DNA of 64,000 nt from Octopus vulgaris (taxonomy: Eukaryota): assembly GCA_951406725.2 (NCBI GenBank), contig OX597827.1:24924001-24988000 (forward strand), read 5' to 3'. Position 1 is the first letter of the stretch. Every line of letters begins with the position of its first letter. The notes under the pieces are model-generated. The model was given only the letters and a program-made list of their open reading frames with translations. It did not search any database and had not been told where the DNA came from. The position numbers and the translations under genes are program-made. Shown here one piece after another: positions 13,490-25,794 of the stretch.

Positions 13490-13760
13490 ATATATAAAGA
13501 ACGTGAAATACAGGAAGGGACGAACACGGAACACAGACAAATCATTCGAAGCCTTCAATCTTCAGTCAGACACCGAATCATCATAGCAAATTTCGGCTGT
13601 TCAATTCTGATATTTGCTCCAACTCGGCCAGCCCCCCCCCCCAAAAAACTAAGCTGTAAGCATTAGATTTCTTGGTAGAAGACAAGAATGTAAACGCAAG
13701 AGACGGATGTAAATACAAGAGACGAAAACGAAATTGAAAACAGTAATGGATAAACAAAAT
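13490..13760 (-). repeat. Unclassified structured repeat next to (TA)n (copy 2)
   Basis: TCATTCGAAGCC...ATCTTCAGTCA...TTTCGGCT...GGCCAGCCCC...AAAAACTAAGCT...AGCATTAGATTTCTTGG is shared with 2190-2320. Confidence 0.55.
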
Positions 13761-14508
13761 ATAACGGTGGTTGTCTTACGACTTTAGACCAAATGAGACA
13801 AAAACAACAACAACATAGCAGCTGGCGTAGAAATAATTACATTTTCGGTAGAGGGGACACATGTTGGTCGAGATACGATCGCCAACAGAATGGTTAAGAA
13901 GCAGCAGGTTGCAGGAGAGAGAGAGAAAGAGAGACAGAGAGAGAGGGAATCAAAGAGGGTGGAAGGCAGGGGACAGAATTCAGTGACCAAGAGAAAAGGA
14001 GAAAGAAGGGATTGAGGAGGATGGGAGGAAGAGGGGGGAAGAATCGGAGGGCGCCAAAATAGTTTGGTAAAGAAGCAATGGCGGGTAGGAAAGACAAAGT
14101 ATATAGAAGTCGTGCAGGGTTTAAAATTGGATAAACATATATATTTGTATATATGTATATATATATTTGCCTAATTTCTTTTATTTCATCCATAACTGAG
14201 GCGAAGCCATTCAAAGCAATTGATGACCAATTAGATTACGTAACTGAACAAAAGTAACCCCTGCCTACTTCTCGCAAGATTTCACCTACTGCATAAAGAA
14301 AAAAAGTAACGGAGAAATAAACATATCACGTTTATATGAGAATATATATAAGTTTGTGTAATATTGTTATAATTATATTATATAATTACAATGATACAAG
14401 CTACTGCACTTACCCTCCCTTCTAAAACATAAACGAGGGGCGTTCAATAAGTAATGTCCCTGACCCTCTTCCCATAGCAGTAGAGCAACGATACTCGGCA
14501 CAGTTATT

Positions 14509-15410
14509 AGTCTTTTTCTACATAGCAACCACCCAGAGTTATGCATTTCTCCCATCGTTTGATGCAGCTCTGGAGACCGTTTTTGTAGAAGAACCCAGCT
14601 TGGTCCACTAACCTGAACGTGACTTCAGAAATCAAGGCTGCATCATCTGGGAAACGCTTTCCTTTCAAAAACAACTTCATGATTGGGAAGAGGTGAAAAT
14701 CAGAGGGTGCAAGGTCAGGAAAGTAGGGTGATGGGGGAGGAGTTCATAGCCATACGCCTGTGCTTCTGATCTGGCGACAAGCGAGTTGTGGACCGGAGCG
14801 TTGTCCTGCAGGAGGAGGATGCCTTTGCTGATCTTGCCCCGCCTCTTGATTTTGATAACTTCTCTTAATTTCCTCAAAAGTGAAGCATAATAGGCTCCTG
14901 CAATTGTGGTACCCTTTGCCAGGAAATCTGTCATCACTACTCCGTCCTGGTCCCAGAAGACTGTGAGCATAACCTTGCCAGCGGAGGGCTGCACCCTTGC
15001 CTTCTTTGGAGGGAGTGAGTCACGGTGCTTCCACTGCATTGACTGGGCTTTGGTCTCTGGATCATCGTGATGGACCCAGGTTTCATCCTGTGTAATCAGT
15101 CTTTTGAAAAATTTTGACTCATCTTCTTGGCACATCTCCAAATTCACCCTCGAGCACTCGACGCGTTCTTGCTCCTGGAAAGGCTTGAGCAACCTGGGAA
15201 TCCATCTGGCAGACACCTTTTGCATATGCAAATGGTCATGAATGATAGTTTCCACAGACCCGGTACTAATCTTGACCTCATGGGCTATTTGGCGAATAAT
15301 TATGCGTCGATCTTCCAAAATGGCAGACTCAACTTGACGGACAGATGCCTCATCAATGGCAGAAAGGGGCGACCAGATCTGGGAGCTGTTTCCACAGAGT
15401 TCCGACCATG
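14509..15410 (-). pseudogene. Mariner DD34D transposase, left arm (frameshifted)
   Basis: WIPRL, TQDETWV, LQDNA. The YFPDLAPSDFHLF motif is shifted out of frame. Confidence 0.9.
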
Positions 15411-15654
15411 CTCTGAATTACGATGTGGTTTCTGATTTACAGGTGTTATGATGGGGCATCATCACCATAAGTGGAGCCTGTTCAGTTTCATCAAAAGTCT
15501 CCGTGGTGTTTGTATTTCAAATACAAAACCGGATCACTTTTCGACACTGAACAGGCTCCATTTCACACTTGACTGGTGTGATGCCCCATCATATGACCTT
15601 GTAAATCAGAAACCATCGTGAATTCAGAGCATGTAATTTGCCACTTACTCTATA

Positions 15655-16536
15655 CAGCTCCCAGATCTGGTCGCCCCTTTCTGCCATTGATGAGGCATCT
15701 GTCCGTCAAGTTGAGGCTGCCATTTTGGAAGATCGACGCATAATTATTCGCCAAATAGCCCATGAGGTCAAGATTAGTACCGGGTCTGTGGAAACTATCA
15801 TTCATGACCATTTGCATATGCAAAAGGTGTCTGCCAGATGGATTCCCAGGTTGATCAAGCCTTTCCAGGAGCAAGAACGCGTCGAGTGCTCGAGGGTGAA
15901 TTTGGAGATGTGCCAAGAAGATGAGTCAAAATTTTTCAAAAGACTGATTACACAGGATGAAACCTGGGTCCATCACGATGATCCAGAGACCAAAGCCCAG
16001 TCAATGCAGTGGAAGCACCGTGACTCACTCCCTCCAAAGAAGGCAAGGGTGCAGCCCTCCGCTGGCAAGGTTATGCTCACAGTCTTCTGGGACCAGGACG
16101 GAGTAGTGATGACAGATTTCCTGGCAAAGGGTACCACAATTGCAGGAGCCTATTATGCTTCACTTTTGAGGAAATTAAGAGAAGTTATCAAAATCAAGAG
16201 GCGGGGCAAGATCAGCAAAGGCATCCTCCTCCTGCAGGACAACGCTCCGGTCCACAACTCGCTTGTCGCCAGATCAGAAGCACAGGCGTATGGCTATGAA
16301 CTCCTTCCCCATCACCCTACTTTCCTGACCTTGCACCCTCTGATTTTCACCTCTTCCCAATCATGAAGTTGTTTTTGAAAGGAAAGTGTTTTCCAGATGA
16401 TGCAGCCTTGATTTCTGAAGTCACGTTCAGGTTGGAGGACCAAGCTGGGGTTCTTCTACAAAACGGTCTCCAGAGCTGCATCAAACAATGGGAGAAATGC
16501 GTAACTCTGGGTGGTTGCTATGTAGAAAAAGACTAA
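15655..16536 (+). pseudogene. Mariner DD34D transposase, right arm (same frameshift)
   Basis: Same motifs as the left arm. After a frameshift near 16310 it continues PYFPDLAPSDFHLFP...WEKCVTLGGCYVEKD*. Confidence 0.9.
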
Positions 16537-17101
16537 TAACTGTGCCGAGTATCGTTGCTCTACTGCTATGGGAAGTGGGTCAGGGACATTACTTATTGAA
16601 CGCCCCTCGTATATTAAATATTTTCACCGTATGCATGGATGACTGCTAGTCTTCCATAAACAACCTTGCCCGGACTTGTGCCTGGGAATGTAACTTTCTA
16701 GGTGCAATCCCATGGTCAGTCATGATCGAAGGGGGTCTCAGCAATGTATATGTATGTTTATTATAAGTATGCATATGTGTGTGTATTTATATTTATAACT
16801 TAGCCTTATGTACTTTCTAAAATCTCTGACGAAGCCTAGAGAAACACCCAAGTACCTCAATTTCATCTACTGGAGGGATAAAGGTAGAATGAGGTATTTT
16901 TGCCTCTTGGCTAAAACAGTTGTAAGATATTCTCCTAATTTCTATTCATTGGTATCTTTATATATTATATATGTAAAGCATAATATGTTATACATGTACG
17001 TATATTGTTGTAATTGTCATTTTAGTAAATAAATAAATAAATTGACATAATATAATGTCTAAAAGTTGATGAATACCACCTATTGATCCCCTCCATTTTC
17101 T

Positions 17102-17211
<110 letters not shown>

Positions 17212-17229
17212 CATACATACATACATAGG

Positions 17230-17390
17230 TGCAGTAGTGGCTGTGTGGTAAGTAGCTTACTTACCAACACATAGTTCCGGGTTCAGTCTCACTGCGTGGC
17301 ACCTTGAGCAAGTGTCTTCTACTTTAGCCTCGGGCCGACCAAAGCCTTATAAGTGGATTTAGTAGACGGAAACTGAAAGAAGCCCGTCAT
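17230..17390 (+). mobile_element. SINE S2, 5' half
   Basis: Head and CORE-like domain, ending at GAAGCCCGTC + (AT)n. Confidence 0.85.
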
Positions 17391-17982
17391 ATATATATAT
17401 ATATATATATATAAATAACGGGAAGCTTTATGAAAATAGACAAAAGACGAAGGCAGGTTTACGGAAATAAACAAACGACGAAGGCAAAGTACCAGTTACG
17501 CACTGGGGTCGATGTAATCGACTTAATCCGTTTGTCTGTCCCTGTGGCCAATAAAGAAATATACATAGATGTGTGTGTGTGTGGAAGCTGCATATTTAGA
17601 TATATATCTAAGTATCTATCTGTCCGTCTATCTATCTGTCTATACAGAGAGAGAGGGAGAGAGAGTAGTTTCGTCTCGTTAGTTGCAGCCTTTGTCTAGC
17701 GTTTTGACTTTAACTTGGTGTTATGTGAAGACATAAGGTTAACACACTTATGAAGCTTTTGTGCAGAATATTTAGTGCGTGACGAGGAAAGGTACATAGA
17801 AAGATGCATGCACACACAAACACTCACGCACACACACATACGAGCACATACACGCACACACACACGCGCACGCACAAATACATTCATTTGTTCATTCATA
17901 CATGTGTGCGTGTGTATGTGTGTATGTCTATATCCTCATATATTGAAACAAACAGATATATATATATATATATATGTATTTG

Positions 17983-18070
<88 letters not shown>

Positions 18071-18458
18071 ATATTTTTTCTGTATCTTCCTTTATACATA
18101 CATATATATATGTACTTATGTGTGTGTGTGTGCATATATGTGTATATATGTGTATATATGTGCATTTGTTTGCATATACAGGCACACTCAGGGACACGTG
18201 CCTACACGTACAATTCAGCTCAAGACATTAGAAATGTATCCAAATTGACATAAAGAGTCGTTTGGTTATTAGAAACATCACCGTCCGGCTGGTGATGGAG
18301 GTGGGGGGGGACCTCCGTCCCACGCCGACGAGGGTTCGTTGGTTCAATAATTGGCTAACACGTGATGTGTGATATGTGTTCTGCTATCGTAACTGTGAAG
18401 CGAATTTTTATATCCTCTAGGCAATACTGCCCCTACTATGTCTATCTATCTATCTATG

Positions 18459-18513
<55 letters not shown>

Positions 18514-18516
18514 TTG

Positions 18517-18549
<33 letters not shown>

Positions 18550-18584
18550 TTGTCTATCTATCTTTCTATCTATCTATCTATCTT

Positions 18585-18651
<67 letters not shown>

Positions 18652-19359
18652 GTCATTTCAATATTTTTCTTCTACATAACACTCTAGGTCACAGGTTTGC
18701 AACTGACCATTTACTAGTTCATTGAATTTACAATGCCAAAAGGGACTAGCGATTCCCTGTAAAAATACAGCAGTAAAAGGACCACAAGGTAATTTTGCAT
18801 CGAGGCATTGGTTGCCGTTTTTTTCGCTGATGTCTCCGTGCAAGACACGCACATACGCATCCCCACACACTAACACACACACGTCCAGTGATGTTTTTGT
18901 CTCGTATTCGTAGTCACTATTCAAAGAACATCTCTGTCTAATTAACGAATAACATGCACCATAACTATTCTTAGCTTTCCTCGTTTTTACTGGAATCTGG
19001 CGCAGTTTTTACACCAATCACAGTTTTAGAAAGCAATTACAAGTTTTCAAAAAGTACTTTAATATTTTTTTTAAATGAGAGAGTAACCTTGTTTTATTTT
19101 TGTACAAACCTCTTTCAAATCTGGTTTTAAAGCAAACCGTTGAATTCTCATTTCTGCCTCGGCACCCGATCTATTTTAACAATTAGATTTTTTTGTTATT
19201 TTGACATAAGCAGAAAATCATTGTTTGAGGAGAGAAGTACTTTAACAACCGATCCTGAAAATAGGGGGTTCCTTTCCTTATTTGTCCAAAATTCAAACAT
19301 TGTCAATCATTTGATTGATGTACGCAAAAAGAAATTTGAATAAATATATTTTTCCTCTG

Positions 19360-19532
19360 CTTTGTTTTTGCTCGTTTCAGGAATTAGACTGCGGCCATTC
19401 TGGGGCACTGCTTTAAAAGTTTAATCGGACTTCTATTTTTAAAGCCGAGTTCTTATTCTATCAGCCCCTTTGTGGCGAACCACTAGGTTACGGGGAGGTA
19501 AGCAAACAAACACCGGTTGTCAAATGGTGATG

Positions 19533-19569
<37 letters not shown>

Positions 19570-19755
19570 CTCTCTCTCTCTCTTTCTCTCTCGCTACACA
19601 TACACACACACACACACATGCATATGACGGGCTTCTTTCGGCTTCCGTCTATCACATCCACTTACAACGCTTTGCCCATGATGCCATGCAGTGCAACTAA
19701 ACTCAAAGCCACGTGGTTAGAATGCAGGCTTCTTAGCACACAACATCACCTGCGA
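19360..19755 (-). mobile_element. SINE S2, degraded, with an internal (CA)/(CT) tract
   Basis: Colinear with 44815-45262. Confidence 0.75.
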
Positions 19756-20089
19756 CTATAAGGTCAATATGTTTTCTCTGTTCGAGGGTCTGACTTGCAT
19801 ATTGGATGTATCACGAATCTAACTTCCTTTTCTAATTCCATCCATTGATCATTTCATATATTGATCATTTGAAAAGCATTTACTTTCTGAATTACAAAAG
19901 TCTTCTCTGTGTCGACATGCTTCATTAAGTTGAATAATTATTAAAAATAATTAACATCACCAATAGATGAGCTGGAAATATATTTGCAAACAGGGATATG
20001 AGGGTAGGTTTTCTCCAAAATTCAAATTTACTTTCGAAAGTTTGACTTACATTACTGGTTGGTTTGAAATTCGGACAAAAGACCAGCAA

Positions 20090-20250
20090 GTTCTACCTCT
20101 GTGCTCAGCTGGTACTAATCGCATCGAGACTCCGAAAATGTGAAAGGCAAAGTCGACCCCGGCGGAATTTGAACTTAGAGCATAAAGACAGACGAAATGC
20201 CGCTAAGCGTATTTCCCGGCTTGCTAACGATTCTGCCAAATCGCCAACTT
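20090..20250 (-). mobile_element. SINE S1
   Basis: GAAAGGCAAAGTCGACC...GGAATTTGAACT...TAAGCGTATTTCCCGG. Confidence 0.8.
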
Positions 20251-20679
20251 TGATTGTTCCATTATCAACAGGAAGAAAACTGTTACTTGCTTCCCTTATA
20301 ACGAAAGGTTAACATAATTCGGCTTGACAAAAATGTCAACCAAATAATCAAATCTGAGCAATCACATTTTTTCTGCTAATCGTTCTTCTAAATGGAAATT
20401 ATATTCCGTAAAAATGCCAATAGGGCATTTCTTAATTCCAACAACCAGGTTAATGTCCCTTATCGAGACAATCATGGTAATTATAAACCAAAAATCTCGA
20501 TACAAAAGTCTTTATTAAGAACATAACCCACCCACATTCCTTGCGCCCCCACCCCAACAAACCATCTCAAACATAGACTTCTTTCTGAAGCAAATTCAAA
20601 ACAACTGTATATCACAAATAAAACTTAGCCTAACGAACCGATTTTTACATGAATCACTACCCTATCATCTCCCCATTTT

Positions 20680-20756
20680 TCTTCAACGCCCCACTGGAAC
20701 TTTCCACCGTCCCGAGGGGGTGGTGGTGGAAATACTGCCCATTTTGAGAACCACTG
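20680..20756. mobile_element. Charlie/MER20-like hAT terminus
   Basis: Ends TTTGAGAACCACTG (reverse complement CAGTGGTTCTCAAA) followed by ATTTAGAA, a Charlie-type target. The other end was not found. Confidence 0.55.
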
Positions 20757-20999
20757 ATTTAGAAGAATGATTAGCAGAAATAATGTGATTGCTCAGACTT
20801 GATTATTTGGTTGGCATTTTTGAAGAACATAACTTTTTCTTTTGCCTATTTTCCTCATCGACAATTGTAGAGTTGCATAAACATGGAAACAGTTGATCCC
20901 CCGACTGCATTTGTCGCAAATACTCTTGTCTTTTCTTCTCCGCATAATTATTTTTATTTAGTATTTAAAAAAAAAAATTTGAATGGATTAAATACAATG

Positions 21000-21400
21000 A
21001 AGTAAGAAGTTTGCTTCCCAACCACATGGTTCCGGGTTCAGTCTGACTGCGTGGCATCCTGGCCAAGTCTCTGTTGCAATATTCTTGGGCTGACCAAAGC
21101 TTTGTGAGTGGATTTCGTAGATGGCAACTGAAAGAGGCCCGTCACACACACACACGTGTGTGTGTGTGTGGGTGTATCTTTGTCTTTGTGCTTATTCCCA
21201 ACCATCGCTTGACGACCGGTGTTGGTGTGTTTGCATTCCCATAACTTAGCCGTTCAGCAAAAGTGTCCGATAGAATAAATACCAGGCTTTAACGAAAAAT
21301 AAGTATCGGCATCGATTTATTCGACTAAAAATTCTTCAAGGCAGTACTCCAGCATGGCCACAGTCAAATGATTGAAACAAATAAATGATAGAAGATAAAA
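21000..21400 (+). mobile_element. SINE S2
   Basis: Near full length, with a central (CA)(TG) tract. Confidence 0.8.
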
Positions 21401-21974
21401 GATTGATTTTCATAGGGATGGCGTCCCTGTGTAGCTTTCAGTAATTTTATTTTATAAAATGTGCTAATTATCACGTCTAATTATCTAATTATCAAATTAT
21501 CATGTCTACATGTGCAATATTCTACACGCAATTAGGAATTTTCTCAACCCTACTTCTGCAAGTTCTGTGAAGTAAATGTTTCGTTGTGGTGGCTTAATAA
21601 AACCGGAACATGTATAACGTTATCTCCCTTACATGCTGGAAAAAATGAAAACAAAAGTAATCCCGAAGTAAAACCGTATTTTCCCCACCGCATAATTCTT
21701 TCTGACTAACATTTTAATGCTATTTGTCCACTCTAGTTTAATTCTTTCTGTGTGGTTTTTTCTCGAATCCTCCATATTCATAAACCTATTTTCATAGTTA
21801 GGAAGTTTGCTGTTTTGTGAAAACCTCTGAATAGTATAATTTTGTTCGGTAGTTCTTTTTAACTTTTCTTCATCGTTTTTCAAGGTTTTCAGTTCTTTTC
21901 TTCCTTAGAAATTCGTAGAATCACTATAATAACTTTTATACAGGTTGCGGAAAAAAGCACCCCACCCTTGTTGT

Positions 21975-22198
21975 ATATGTTTCTTTACTACCCACAAGGG
22001 GCCAAACACAGAGGGGACAAACAAGGACACACAAAGGGATTAAGTCGACTACATCGACCCCAGTGCGTAACTGGTACTTAATTTACCAACTCCGAAAGGA
22101 TGAAAGGCAAAGTCGACCTCGGCGGAATTTGAACTCGGAACGTAACGACAGACGAATTTCGCCCGGCGTGCTAACATTTCTACCAGCTCGCCGCCTTA
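21975..22198 (-). mobile_element. SINE S1
   Basis: Full length. Flanks TTGTTGTATA and TTATTGTATA are TSD-like. Confidence 0.88.
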
Positions 22199-22394
22199 TT
22201 GTATAGACTGACAAACGTTTCAAATGGAAATGCATGATTGCAACAGCTCAAACCACAATGGTAGCTAAAAATAAGGAACAATAAAACATTAGCTTCATGA
22301 AAACACCATTTCTATCTACCTGACTTCACTGGCGCCACCCCAACAGCTGGATAAAATGTGGCGGTTTCTTCTGCTGCAGTTTGTACATACTACG

Positions 22395-22722
22395 GGAACT
22401 CCGTCGGTTACGACGGTGAGGGTTCCAGTTGATCCGATCAACGGAACAGCCTGTTCGTAAAATCAATATGCAAATGGCTAAGCACTCCACAGATACGTAA
22501 ACCCTTAACATAGTTCTCAGGGATATTCAACGTGACCCAGAATGTGGCAAGGCCGGTCCATTTTATATTGCTGGTACAACTCATCTTTGCCAGCTGCGTG
22601 GACTGGAGCAGAGTGAAATAAAGTGTCTCGCTGAAGGACGTATTGCGCCGCTAGGAATCGAACTCACGACCTTACAATCGTGTGTCGAATGCCCCTAAAC
22701 ACTAAGCCAGACGCCTTCACTG
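22395..22722 (-). mobile_element. SINE S3
   Basis: Colinear with 207-490 and 34055-34365. Confidence 0.82.
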
Positions 22723-22801
22723 TATATAGATGTCCCATGTATATACCGATGTCCTATATCCTTATTGTATTTATGCTAACGCCAACTTAATTATTTCACT
22801 A

Positions 22802-23007
22802 CAGTAATTTCACGCCATATCGCAGCTCACCTATCGCGCACTCAGTACATCGCGGATTTTTCTGGCTAATATATGTAAATTTATATCGTGGACTCCTCAG
22901 TATATCGCGGGTTTCTGCGGCCGATATGTATTTATGTCTTTTTAGATTTTAATTATTTCTGTGGGAGGTTTTGAAACGTAGCACCCGCGATAGTCGAGGG
23001 ATTGCTG
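22802..23007. mobile_element. Tigger-like MITE, degraded
   Basis: TA-CAGTAATTTCACGCCATATCGC versus reverse complement CAGCAATCCCTCGACTATCGC. Internal TATCGCG repeats. Confidence 0.6.
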
Positions 23008-24169
23008 AATATGTTTCTAATTCTTCACTTTTGCAAATAAAAATAAAATTTATTCCAAACGAAAATATTTGGACGAACCATTTTTTCACCTGAAAGAAAA
23101 CCGTTCAATAATCTTTTCTAATATCTTTTATATCTTTTGGATCTTTACTATATGGTTAAATATTTTATCGTTACTTAATTTGCCTTCATGGCGTGTGCCG
23201 AGCTTGTCATTGTGTGGTGTGTCATTGTGTAATGTGATGCGTCATCGTGTAGTGTGTCATTGTGTAATGTGATGCGTCATCGTGTAGTGTGTCATTATGT
23301 GATCTATCATTATAGCGTGTCTCATGTCTCATGCAAAGCTGACATGTTATGCATCATGAAATACATTGCTATCGTGTTGTGTATCATTATGGGAAGTGTT
23401 ATCGTTTTATGCGTCATAAACGCAGTAGAGGGGAAACCCACTTCGAAATAAATCTACAATGCAACTCCTGTGGTGGCGATATACACCACAATTCAAAGAA
23501 ATAAGATCAACCAAAGTTCCGAGTTCAATCCTCACAAAAGGTAACATCATAAACAATTGGGGGACACCTTGGAGATATGACCTTAATGGGTCCGGCTCCC
23601 TTAGATTAGCGGGAACTAACACTCCGTTCGCGCCGTAACTAGTTTCCACGTACTAATGTTATCTTAACTGTCATTAAATAGTGTGCCGTCACTTTGTGTG
23701 TCATTACAGTGTGCCATCACGTTGGGCGTCATTACAGTGTGCCATCACGTTGGGCGTCCTTCATCATGTTGCGCGTTGTTACATCATACGGTGCTTTTCA
23801 GATTCTTTCAATCGCCGTCCATTTCTTTTGATAACACTTTTTTCAACGCCCCATCACCTACGCTTTAAGAAAGTTTATTAAAAAAACTATCTAAAAAGAA
23901 AGTAATGTCGACTGAGATTTAAAGCACCAATACCCAAATCCTAGCTGTGCCAAATAGAGCTGTTTTTTGGGGCCTGCACTGCCCTCATGTCAATTCCAGT
24001 TTCTCCGACATATTTCTCGAACTGGTTGTCATTGCTCTGAGTGTCTCTAGAACTACTAATGTAACAATTACTCCCGTCATTGCTCATATTCCTGCAATTT
24101 CGTCTTTTCCAGCTCTTTGTCATCTACGCGTGCATCTCCAAGTATGGCGATATCTAGGCTCTTGGATGG

Positions 24170-24375
24170 TTGCGAGCTGGCAGAAACGTTAGCACGCCGG
24201 GCGAAATGCTTAGCAGTATTTCGTCTGCCGCTACGTTCTGAGTTCAAATTCCGATGAGGCCGACTTTAACTTTCATCCTTTCGGGGATCGATAAATTAAG
24301 TATCAGTTGCGTACTGGGGTCGATGTAATCGACTGGCCACTTCCCCCAAAATTTAGGGCCTTGTGCCTAGAGTAG
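24170..24375 (+). mobile_element. SINE S1 (alternative tail)
   Basis: S1 head and body with the tail CCCCCAAAATTTAGGGCCTTGTGCCTAGAGTAGA. Confidence 0.85.
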
Positions 24376-24423
24376 ATCAGAATATCTATACTCTTTGTTT
24401 CCTTTTTTCCTTTATCTACCATG

Positions 24424-24622
24424 ATATTAGCTGATCTCTGAGCTGATCTCAGTGACACCCTTTGGCTCATGTTTGTACCATATCCGTGCTGCGTCCATAC
24501 CGTACTTTTCACCGAGTCTCCAGTAAACAGACTTAGCCACGTTATCGTGCCTCCTTTCTGTTGTGCTTTTTGAGCCAGCTTATTACACTCTCTCATAATA
24601 TGTAAGAATGTTTCGTTCTGCA
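24424..24622 (-). mobile_element. R4/Dong-like zinc-finger/RHD fragment
   Basis: ETFLHIMRECNKLAQK, then after a shift RHDNVAKSVYWRL...WYKHEPKGV. Confidence 0.7.
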
Positions 24623-25247
24623 TGCTCTCGTACAGTGCCCACGCATTGCTGACTTGTGGAGCTTTGTCGAACAGTTATTGTCACGTGTAGGATGGATACA
24701 GCTATCGTCTGAGTCCATTGTGAAGGTCGCCCCGCCTCCTTCCTTTGGCCGGGGAGGACAGGCAAGTTTTTCTCTGTCTGCTCGCTATGGCAAAAGAGGT
24801 TGTGTGATGGATGCGATTGAAAGGGTTGAAGACGCGTACCTTCCTCTTCGGCCAGGGCGTCATTGATTTTTTTTTCAGGTTCCACCTAAAAAGGAAAGTG
24901 AAGCTGGAAGGAGAGGTGCTGTCACCCAGTAAGTTGGCTGAATGGTGGGTGAATGCGGCAAGAATGGCCCGTGTGAATAGGCCTACTCTAAGTGTGCGCT
25001 TGTAGGCCAGATGGAATGAGGAGAAGAGGAATGCCTACCTGAGGTGCCTTTGATGTTAGGGGTCCAAAGTGTGTGAAGTTCCTTTGGTCACCTCTTGGTG
25101 GAACTCACCCCTATTGGGGAAGTATGTTTATGGTTTAATCTCCTTGCTAATTGCTGTGTTTTTTGCTGGTTACACGTTTAACCCCACTGTCCCTCGTCAG
25201 CATATCGTTCTTTATGCTGTGTGTTCGGCTCTGGTGGCCAATAAAAA
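24623..25247 (+). mobile_element. 3' end of a Tx1-like LINE (ORF2 C-terminus + 3' UTR)
   Basis: ALVQCPRIADLWSFVEQLL...RLKGLKT...FRFHLKRKVKLE resembles the Tx1 C-terminal region. The stop is at 25005 and the UTR ends GTGGCCAATAAAAA. Confidence 0.65.
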
Positions 25248-25249
25248 GT

Positions 25250-25304
25250 ATTGTTGTTGTTGCTGTTGTTATTGTTGTTGTTGTTGTTCTTCTTCTTGTT
25301 CTTC

Positions 25305-25357
<53 letters not shown>

Positions 25358-25395
25358 CTTCTTCTTCTTCTTCTTCTTCTTCTTCTTCTTCTTCA
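25250..25395. repeat. (TTG)n(TTC)n compound microsatellite
   Basis: Seen directly. Confidence 0.95.
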
Positions 25396-25794
25396 TCTCA
25401 TTATGGCCAAGGACTAAGAAAAATATATTTCTTGTATTTGTTTCAGTCTTTCCTTCCATACGTCCTACTCTTCAAGACCGACTGGTGTTTATGCAATACC
25501 TACAAGGAAAATACCAAAGCGACAACAACGTGTGACTATTGGCTGCAAAAAAATTACCTCACGTACGGAATATTGCAAAGAGAGTAACAAGTGATTTCTT
25601 CTGAATTGCGGTTTGGTAACCGATATAGAAATCTTGACAGCAAATATGTAAAAACAGGAATGGTTACTATAAGGACAAGAACATCAACAAAAGCAGGAAC
25701 AGCTACAACAAGATTAAGAACAAGAACAACAACAACAACAACAACAGCAATAAGACAACGCTGAAGCTGATAGCCGCGGTGACAAATCCAATAT

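Larger units (their letters stand above)
14434..16609. mobile_element. Palindromic (fold-back) mariner element: two inverted arms of about 950 bp each plus a central spacer
   Basis: CGAGGGGCGTTCAATAAGTAATGTCCCTGACC at 14434 has its reverse complement ending at 16609, followed by TA; the left side reads AA. The arms are near-identical out to about 15390 and 15655. Confidence 0.93.

Noticed and set aside
23218-23300. 35-bp tandem duplication (and a 28-bp one at 23700-23757)
   Set aside because: Ordinary slippage in TG-rich low-complexity sequence.
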